Of a stretch of DNA of 64,000 nt, positions 55,152 through 64,000 are shown one piece after another. The notes beneath the pieces were generated by a model that made no database searches, had not been told where the DNA came from, and saw only the letters and a program-made list of their open reading frames with translations. The translations under genes and the position numbers were made by a program. The number at the start of each line of letters is the position of its first letter. Within the stretch, counting starts at the first letter, position 1. This DNA is from an uncultured bacterium. GTDB lineage: Bacteria; Patescibacteriota; Saccharimonadia; Saccharimonadales; 2-12-FULL-41-12. Location: positions 199,572 to 263,571 of the forward strand of contig CAWIAU010000001.1 of NCBI GenBank assembly GCA_963834265.1. Direction: 5' to 3'.

Positions 55152-58100
55152 ATGGACGTGTTTGTAGCTTTGGTTTTCGGCTTACTCTTCGTAGCTGCAA
55201 TTGCGGGTCCGGTGATTTTTCTGCATACCCGCCGTATACTCCGTGAGCAGAAAGATTTCGAGCGTGGTCTCAAGATGGTTCCGTTACTTATACATCTGCC
55301 ACCACCAAGCGATGATACAGATGTCGGCCAAAGAGATGTGCGTGATGTAACAGATGAGAATATAAGCAAAGCCCAGATACTCTATAGCATTATCGCCAGT
55401 ACTATGCAGAAAAGCTTCAAAAGTAAATTTTATGGTCAGCGGCATATATCTCTCGAAATTGTCAGTGCCAAAGGAGTGATTGATTTCTATGCCGGAGTGC
55501 CTATATCCTTGGTTGAAGTCGTAAAACAAGCGGTTTTCAGCGCATATCCCTCAGCCCGACTGGAGGAGGTGGCTGAACACAATATTTTTAGCGATGTGGG
55601 AGGTATCAGCAGCACATTCGGAGGTGAGCTGACTCTCAAAGAAAGCTATGCCTACCCGATAGCCACCTATCAGGATATAAAAAGAGACCCGATAAACTCC
55701 ATCCTGAACTCCTTGTCCACGCTCGAAAAAGAAGACGGGGCCGGCATTCAGCTCCTTATCCGGCCCGCAGATAGCGGCTGGCGCAAAAAATCATCGGAAC
55801 TTGCTTCCAGGAAGAGGGGCGGTAAAGATAAGGCAAAGGGCCATGAACAGCTTTTTTCCTGGACGACAGATCTGTTCGGAGCACTGAACAAGCCTCCGGA
55901 AGAAAAAGGCGGTAGTAGCGGTTCCGAGAAGACACTATCAAGTATGGAAGAGGCCACTCTTAATGCCATAGACGAGAAGACCAGGCATCCGGGATTTGAA
56001 ACGACAATCCGGATCATCGCTTCTTCGAACGTTGCCCAGCGCTCCCAGAGTGTTCTAAACAACATCGTACATAGCTTCGCGTTGTTTGATGCGCCCGGCA
56101 AAAACGGATTCAAGTTTACGCCGGCTCAGGACATAGAACAGTTCACGACTGCGTATATTCTGAGGTTCTTTCCGGCCGGCCACAAAAAAAATATTCTGAA
56201 CGCTATCGAGCTGGCCAGTCTTTACCACTTCCCGCAGGAAGATAACATACCTACAGCTCAACTAAGCCGACAGGATTCCAAACAAGTGGACGGACCACGA
56301 AATATGCCGGAAGAAGGCCTTCTGTTCGGATATAATATTTTTCGCGGAACCAAGAAACCGATCCGGCTGGCTCTGCAGGACCGTCAACGTCATATATATG
56401 CCGTAGGACAGACCGGAACCGGTAAATCAACGTTTCTGGAGAATCTGGCTCTGCAGGACATGATATCGGGCGGGGGATTCGCTTTTATTGATCCTCACGG
56501 CGATACTGCCGAAGCTCTCTTATCAATGGTGCCGAAAGAAAGAACCGAAGACGTGATCTATTTTTGTCCGGCCGAAACTGATTACCCGCTGGGTCTGAAT
56601 GTGTTCGAAGCGCAATCTGATGACCAGAAAGATTTTGTCATACAAGAAGTAATTAATGTTCTGTACAAACTGTACGATCCGCAGCGCCAGGGGATTATCG
56701 GTCCCCGTTATGAGCACTTGTTCCGCAACGCCGCGCTAACTGTTATGTCTGGTCCCGAGGGAGGAAGCTTTATTGATATACCGAAGCTCTTTACGGATGA
56801 CGACTATGTTGCACAGAAGCTCAAATATGTGACTGACCAGAACGTATTGGACTTTTGGCAGAAGGAAATGCAACGGGCCAAAAAATCTAATGAGTTCGGT
56901 GATGTTGTCAGCTGGTTTGTCAGTAAGTTCGGTGCCTTCCTGTCCAACAGCATGATGCGAAATATCATCGGCCAGATTCACAGTTCATTTGATTTGCGCG
57001 AGATTATGGACAATAAGAAAATCCTGCTCGTGAATCTGAGTAAGGGCCGTACAGGGGACATGAACTCCAAGTTGCTCGGCATGATCTTCGTGATGAGATT
57101 CCAGGCTGCTGCTATGTCGAGAGCTAATATACCCGAGAGTGAGCGTCAGGATTTCTGTCTGTATGTGGATGAGTTCCAGAACTTTTCTACTGATTCTTTT
57201 GCCACAATCATGTCAGAAGCCCGGAAATATCACCTGAACCTGGTGGTGGCGAACCAGTTCACTACGCAACTTACCGAGGAAATTCGTGATGCGGTATTCG
57301 GAAACATGGGTACAATTGTTTCGTTCCGTATCGGCCAGAACGACGTAGACGCTCTGGCGCGCTATTTCCAGCCTACTTTTGATGGGGATGACCTTGTACG
57401 CATTCCAAACCACAACGCCATTGTACGCACTCTCGTGAGTGGCGTACCGACCCAATCGTTCAGTATGGCTACTATTCCGCCGCTCGGTACACCCAATCAG
57501 GAGCTCGGCGATGCATTGAAGCAGCTTTCCGCCGCAAAATACGGTCGTCCGCGGCAGGTAGTAGAAAAAGAAATCTTTGCCCGCCTCAAAACTAATGATC
57601 CTCCGGCCAGGCCTGCTATTCCTCAGTCATTATCTGGCAGCGGAGGAACAAGAGGATTCGGTGGTACTGCCGGACAGCCTCCGGCTTTTGGATCAGGTCC
57701 CGCATCGGCCGCACCTGCACCCAACAGCTCAGCGTCATTTCTGGATCAGTGGCTGGATAAAAGGCAGAAAAAGTCGCCCGTATTGTCTGCTTATCCTCCG
57801 GCTACCAGCAGACCGGCTCCGGCATTTAGTTCCGGTAGTCCGGCTGCAACTCCGCAATTTCAGCCGGCCGCATCTCCCGCGCAGAAGCCTTTAGCTGCAC
57901 CGGAGCCTGCTCAGACTCCTGATTATTCACAGATAAGCTCCTCTCCGAGCCAGGGAGAACCTGAGCAAACGGCCACTACGCAAGCTGTGCCGGACACATC
58001 GGGAAGCACCGTGCAACACGATACGCCGGTGTCAGCTCCAAAACATCACGGTGTGAAGCACAAAACCAGTCAGTCTCATCCGGCAGGTGAACTCAAAATA

Positions 58101-58205
58101 ACCCGTGAATTTCATAAAGATCAATCACACCCGCAGGAAGACGCTATACGTATTCACCGTGGTAAACATTCTGTGCCCGATTCTGAACAACCAGCAGATA
58201 AGTAA
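55152..58205 (+). CDS. TraD/TraG/VirD4-like (type IV coupling protein-like) P-loop ATPase with a long Pro/Ala/Ser-rich tail
   Basis: N-terminal TM helix, Walker A (GQTGTGKST), Walker B (LYVDEFQNF) and an ARKYHLNLVVANQ block, as in conjugative coupling ATPases. The last roughly 250 aa are low-complexity. Confidence 0.65.
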   Translation: MDVFVALVFGLLFVAAIAGPVIFLHTRRILREQKDFERGLKMVPLLIHLPPPSDDTDVGQRDVRDVTDENISKAQILYSIIASTMQKSFKSKFYGQRHISLEIVSAKGVIDFYAGVPISLVEVVKQAVFSAYPSARLEEVAEHNIFSDVGGISSTFGGELTLKESYAYPIATYQDIKRDPINSILNSLSTLEKEDGAGIQLLIRPADSGWRKKSSELASRKRGGKDKAKGHEQLFSWTTDLFGALNKPPEEKGGSSGSEKTLSSMEEATLNAIDEKTRHPGFETTIRIIASSNVAQRSQSVLNNIVHSFALFDAPGKNGFKFTPAQDIEQFTTAYILRFFPAGHKKNILNAIELASLYHFPQEDNIPTAQLSRQDSKQVDGPRNMPEEGLLFGYNIFRGTKKPIRLALQDRQRHIYAVGQTGTGKSTFLENLALQDMISGGGFAFIDPHGDTAEALLSMVPKERTEDVIYFCPAETDYPLGLNVFEAQSDDQKDFVIQEVINVLYKLYDPQRQGIIGPRYEHLFRNAALTVMSGPEGGSFIDIPKLFTDDDYVAQKLKYVTDQNVLDFWQKEMQRAKKSNEFGDVVSWFVSKFGAFLSNSMMRNIIGQIHSSFDLREIMDNKKILLVNLSKGRTGDMNSKLLGMIFVMRFQAAAMSRANIPESERQDFCLYVDEFQNFSTDSFATIMSEARKYHLNLVVANQFTTQLTEEIRDAVFGNMGTIVSFRIGQNDVDALARYFQPTFDGDDLVRIPNHNAIVRTLVSGVPTQSFSMATIPPLGTPNQELGDALKQLSAAKYGRPRQVVEKEIFARLKTNDPPARPAIPQSLSGSGGTRGFGGTAGQPPAFGSGPASAAPAPNSSASFLDQWLDKRQKKSPVLSAYPPATSRPAPAFSSGSPAATPQFQPAASPAQKPLAAPEPAQTPDYSQISSSPSQGEPEQTATTQAVPDTSGSTVQHDTPVSAPKHHGVKHKTSQSHPAGELKITREFHKDQSHPQEDAIRIHRGKHSVPDSEQPADK

Positions 58206-58207
58206 GA

Positions 58208-58759
58208 CTATCGTTTTGCGAGGCGTACGACAGCTTCTATAGCAAGACCTGCTATAAAGCCCCAGCCAAAGAAAATCAATGCAAGCAGGAAGTTGTAATC
58301 GTAGCCGTAGTAATAGCAGGCTATAAGCAGTCCGAAACTGCTCAGGAGCGAAAACAAGCCGCCGACTAATAGTCCGCCGGGCCTGGCGACAGTCGCTGAG
58401 GTGATATCTGAGATCTGCTCTACAACCGGATTGTGGATGAACCTGCTGAATTGCCGTTCCGACCTGGGTAGTTTGCGTCTGACTCTTTGCAGAGTCTGAT
58501 TGAGTGCATGATTTTTGAGGTCCTTGTTAGGGGCGTATACCGGCGTTTCATCTTTTTCCTGATCGTGTTGCTGTTGTTCTTTTATTTTCTCAACGGAAAC
58601 GGCCTGTTTTTCTGCTGTATGACGAAGTTTCTCTACTGACTGAGCAGATTTAACTTCGACAGGTTTTTCGTGCTGAGCCTCCGGCTTTTCTTTATGCGCT
58701 TCATGAACTTTCTGTGGTTCCGGGTCATGCTCATGATTTTGGTGTAGTTGTTCGCTCAT
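58208..58759 (-). CDS. membrane protein with a His/Glu/Lys-rich N-terminus
   Basis: 183 aa with a charged repetitive N-terminal half and two C-terminal TM helices. Confidence 0.55.
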   Translation of the reverse strand: MSEQLHQNHEHDPEPQKVHEAHKEKPEAQHEKPVEVKSAQSVEKLRHTAEKQAVSVEKIKEQQQHDQEKDETPVYAPNKDLKNHALNQTLQRVRRKLPRSERQFSRFIHNPVVEQISDITSATVARPGGLLVGGLFSLLSSFGLLIACYYYGYDYNFLLALIFFGWGFIAGLAIEAVVRLAKR

Positions 58760-58762
58760 TTT

Positions 58763-60426
58763 TTATACTCCCGCCGATGTATAATCTTTTTTGACTAATG
58801 TTAACTCTTTGGCGAGTAGCCGGCTTCGGGCAAAGAAGTAACTACTGAGAACCGTCATAGTGAATATTGCTGCTACTGACGTACCGGGGCCTGTATTCGG
58901 TAACTGCTCTATGGTTTTGATGACAGCACAGTCAACCGGTATTGCTACTTCGTCGCCATAAATGTTCTGTATTTTACAGTCAAAATCAGGGGCGGTTTTA
59001 TTTGGCTGATTTGTCGTTGGTAACGGATTTTTCATGACCACTCGGAAAGTTCTCTTAAGTTCTCCGCCAGGAGCAATTTCCTGAACGGACCAGGTAATAG
59101 TTTTTCTATCAGTCAGGTAGGTACCTTTCTGGCTTGTCAAAAATGCGGTGTCTAGATCAGCGTAATCCAACAAATCCCCAATATAGTCCTCGACAGAATA
59201 ATCGATCTTTGAAGATTTATTCGTATTAGTAGTAGTCAGTGTGTACTCGATTATGTCGCCAGCTTTTGCTTGTGTCCGAGGAGTTTGCTCGCTGGTGAGA
59301 TTTTGCGTAATATTTCTAGCTGATTTTTGAAAGCCCGGTGGAGTGACAGGGGGAGGCGGTGGAGGAGGAGATGGAACACTATCAACCGTAATCTGCTTAA
59401 TACAGGCAGGTGTTGATGCTGTATTACCTTTGTTAGTTTTTACTGTCAGGCTGACAGTATAGGTACCGGGCTTTTCCTGATTCAGGACATAGGTATTGGC
59501 GGTACTGTCCTGAGCACTTACTCCGTTTACCGAGAATATGTATCCGGTAATTTGTACATTCTGAACTTTACCCTGTCCGGTGAATTTAAAGCTGGTACGA
59601 CTTATTTTCTCTACATTCAGAGAATCACAGGAATAACTTTGTGGTGGAGGCGGCGGTGGAGGCGGTGGAGGCGGTGGAGGTGGAGGTGGAGGTGGCGGTG
59701 GAGGTGGCGGCGGTGGAGGTGGAGGTGGTGGCGGAGGTGGAGGTGGCGGCGGTGGAGGTGGGGAGGTGGAGGTGGAGGTGGAGGTGGAGGTGGAGGTGGA
59801 GGTGGAGGTGGAGGTGGAGGTGGAGGTGGAGGTGGAGGTGGAGGTGGCTCAGGGGGTGCGGGTGCATGCCTATAGGCAATATTGCCACAATCTTTCAGAA
59901 CCCAGATGTAATACCATTGGCCATCACTGCCCTGACGTTTACCAAAAAAGTATGCAGCATCCCCGCCCGACCATTCTCCGGCGCTCCGGCTATACATTGT
60001 AGTGCCTGCATATGGACCCATAGGAGCATCGGCGCCTGGACTTTTTTGTCTGCCGATGGTTCTGGTACCCTCAGCACCCTGAGTAGGAAAATTAAAGGTA
60101 GTATTCTGAACCGAATAGCCTGGTATTGACTCGCAGTTCAAACCAAACCGTGCATAGAGAGCTCGCGTGTCTGCCCGGGCACCGCATTTTGTTGAGAGGT
60201 CTCCAATAGAACTTACGCCTCCGTATATAACATCGTTATTCGATGCCGCCAGAGATTTTTCCGGCGGCACCATAGCGGCGAATGTCTGTACAAAAAGGCT
60301 TAGTATTACGAATACGAGTCCGATTCGCCGGACTGATTTTTCCTGGTTGAGTCGCCTCGCATAGAATGAAACATCATCGATCATGCTGGGATTAAAAGGC
60401 AGATTCGCGAGTAATTTATTTATCAT
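58763..60426 (-). pseudogene. LPXTG-anchored surface protein with a polyproline stalk, interrupted by a frame change
   Basis: The N-terminal ORF (60426-59761, signal anchor plus globular domain) reads Pro codons until 59761, then falls into HLHL nonsense. A second frame is open with no start codon from 59848 to the stop at 58763. It encodes about 40 more Pro, Ig-like segments and LPNTG, then a TM helix and a basic tail. The frames differ by one nucleotide at GGTGGGGAGG (59758-59767). Confidence 0.75.
59764..59847. repeat. perfect hexanucleotide tandem repeat (AGGTGG)x14, coding-strand (CCACCT)x14
   Basis: 14 uninterrupted units counted by hand. It is flanked 3' in the coding sense by a degenerate 120-nt CCN tract (59642-59761). 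Confidence 0.9.
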
Positions 60427-60547
60427 TTTTTATCTTTATTGTTTTACTTTATTTAGCTTGTGTTTATTGAACCATAAAACTATATGTTCAGGCAAGTCAT
60501 AAAATTTACGTAGGTAGTCTTTCTTTGCTATAATTATATTTGAATAA

Positions 60548-62563
<2,016 letters not shown>

Positions 62564-62565
62564 GA

Positions 62566-62692
62566 AAAGCAATTAACAATTTGCAATTATCAAATGGTAA
62601 TGCATTAACAATTAGCAATGGACAACAAGTGACGGATTCATCGCTAATCGCTCATTGCCAGTTCATCGCTCATTGCAAATTGCTAATAGGGA
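62566..62692 (+). repeat. intercistronic imperfect-palindrome element, copy D (divergent)
   Basis: Same vocabulary and order as copies A-C (AAGCAATTAACAAT...ATTAGCAAT...CATCGCTAATCGCTCATTGC...ATTGCTAAT), but without the TAACGACGAAGGAG end. Confidence 0.65.
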
Positions 62693-62705
62693 ATAGATTT
62701 TAGCT

Positions 62706-64000
62706 ATGGATGAGGAAAAAAACACGCCTGAGGAAATGCTGGTTCCGGATCTCGCTCCAATGGAACATATTCCGTCACTGGACACTGAAGTATTAGATGC
62801 TGATCATTCACGTGTTGTCGAACTGCGCAAAGTAGAGAACATCATGGAAGACAGCTATCTTCGTTATTCGATGAGCGTTATCGTAGCCCGCGCTCTGCCA
62901 GATGTGCGTGACGGCCTCAAGCCGGTACACCGGCGTATCCTGTACGTTATGGACAAAATGGGTATCCGTCCGACAGGCAAGACTGTCAAAAGTGCCCAGA
63001 TAGTCGGTGAAGTCATGGGTAAATACCACCCGCACGGTGACTCTGCCATCTATGACTCGATGGTTCGTATGGCTCAGCCATGGTCACTGCGCTATATGCT
63101 GGTGCAGGGGCAGGGTAACTTTGGTTCTATGGACGGCGATCCTCCGGCTGCATATCGTTATACAGAAGCCAGAATGGCCAATCACGCCGAAGCTATGCTG
63201 GCTGATATCGACAAAGAAACAGTCGACTTCCGTGACAACTATGACGGAACCCGTCAGGAACCAACGGTGTTGCCTGCGAAATTGCCGAATCTTCTGCTCA
63301 ACGGCCAGATTGGTATCGCTGTCGGCATGGCCACCAATATCCCACCGCACAATATTACTGAAATCATTGATGCCACTATTCAGTTGGTAGAAAAACCTGA
63401 TTCGACTCTCGACGAATTGTTGGAATTCGTCAAAGGCCCCGACTTTCCTACCGGCGGCATAATATATGGGCGTGAATCTATACGAACCGCCCTCGCTACC
63501 GGCAGGGGTGGTGTAGTAGTCAGAGGAGTGGCCACTGTAGAAGAGAACAATAAGGGCACTCAACAGATAATCATAACCGAGATACCTTATCAGGTGAACA
63601 AAGCCGGTTTGCTCGAGAAAATTGCAGCTTTGGTTCACGAAAAGAAGATTTCCGGAATCCGTGACCTGCGCGACGAGACTGCCCGGGGCGAAGTACGCAT
63701 CGTTATAGATCTCAAAAAAGATGCATACCCTAAGAAGTTACTGAATCAGTTATATAAACTCACACCTCTGCAACAGACATTCCACTACAACATGCTGGCC
63801 CTGATAGACGGTATCCAGCCCCGGGTTCTCGGCCTTCAGGATATACTGCAGGAATATATTAAGCATCGGGCGGTCGTGGTTCGCCGACGGACAGAGTTCG
63901 AACTGCGGAAGGCAAAAGACCGCGCACACATATTAGAAGGTCTGAAGATTGCACTTGATCATATAGATGAAGTTATCAAAGTGATTCGTGCCAGCCAGAC
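62706..64000 (+). CDS. gyrA: DNA gyrase subunit A, N-terminal part (runs off the window)
   Basis: Not in the ORF track because there is no stop in the window. Translation from the ATG at 62706 gives [34 protein letters not shown] and the active-site region [10 protein letters not shown]. Confidence 0.93.
   Translation, partial: MDEEKNTPEEMLVPDLAPMEHIPSLDTEVLDADHSRVVELRKVENIMEDSYLRYSMSVIVARALPDVRDGLKPVHRRILYVMDKMGIRPTGKTVKSAQIVGEVMGKYHPHGDSAIYDSMVRMAQPWSLRYMLVQGQGNFGSMDGDPPAAYRYTEARMANHAEAMLADIDKETVDFRDNYDGTRQEPTVLPAKLPNLLLNGQIGIAVGMATNIPPHNITEIIDATIQLVEKPDSTLDELLEFVKGPDFPTGGIIYGRESIRTALATGRGGVVVRGVATVEENNKGTQQIIITEIPYQVNKAGLLEKIAALVHEKKISGIRDLRDETARGEVRIVIDLKKDAYPKKLLNQLYKLTPLQQTFHYNMLALIDGIQPRVLGLQDILQEYIKHRAVVVRRRTEFELRKAKDRAHILEGLKIALDHIDEVIKVIRASQ

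Noticed and set aside
59642-59850. The tandem repeat tract considered as a CRISPR array or other non-coding satellite.
   Set aside because: The unit is 6 nt with no spacers. It sits inside an ORF and keeps triplet periodicity (CCN).
59552-60129. ORFs encoding WRRRWRR..., GGGGG..., HLHLHL... and EVEVEV... repeats.
   Set aside because: These are alternative-frame and antisense readings of the polyproline-coding repeat. The only biologically coherent reading is poly-Pro on the minus strand.
63007-63638. A plus-strand 127-aa ORF and a minus-strand 184-aa ORF in the last kilobase.
   Set aside because: Both overlap the clear gyrA reading frame, which is absent from the ORF track only because it has no stop within the window.

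Overview
Gene-dense 64-kb bacterial window with mostly housekeeping content. Part 1: I support 62 CDS, 6 tRNAs, an RNase P RNA and a probable T-box leader.

Main contents:
- Translation and replication genes: rnj (5'-truncated), ftsK, rpsF-ssb-rpsR, efp, ychF, ndk, thrS, miaA, rpmB, infC-rpmI-rplT, comM, gyrB and gyrA (3'-truncated).
- A complete type IV pilus locus at 15.6-27.5 kb: pilMNO, pilB, pilT, pilC, major pilin, pilD and four minor pilins. It is preceded by a 1178-aa secreted protein.
- RNA genes: tRNA-Arg(CCT), Asp(GTC), Thr(CGT), Gly(CCC), Val(GAC) and Pro(GGG). A type-A RNase P RNA lies on the minus strand under a spurious ORF. A probable T-box leader sits upstream of thrS.

Lineage guess, by inference only: compact operons, an LPXTG protein, type IV pili, no rplI after rpsR, and a ThrRS without a TGS domain fit a small-genome Gram-positive-like lineage such as CPR/Saccharibacteria. 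I could not run any search to confirm this.

Part 2, most unusual observations:
1. The tRNA-Pro locus. A canonical tRNA is bracketed by two homologous 96-nt elements and by mutually complementary orphan tRNA-Pro ends, including a CCA-ended T-arm/acceptor module.
2. An LPXTG surface-protein gene with about 69 consecutive proline codons, including a perfect (CCACCT)x14 tract. It is broken by a one-nucleotide frame change exactly at the edge of that tract.
3. A roughly 1.7-kb AT-rich, ORF-free, hairpin-rich island between comM and a TraD/VirD4-like ATPase cluster.
4. A family of roughly 130-bp imperfect-palindrome intercistronic elements inside the rpsF-ssb-rpsR operon and between gyrB and gyrA.

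All coordinates, alignments and counts were made by hand from the sequence. No database search was possible.
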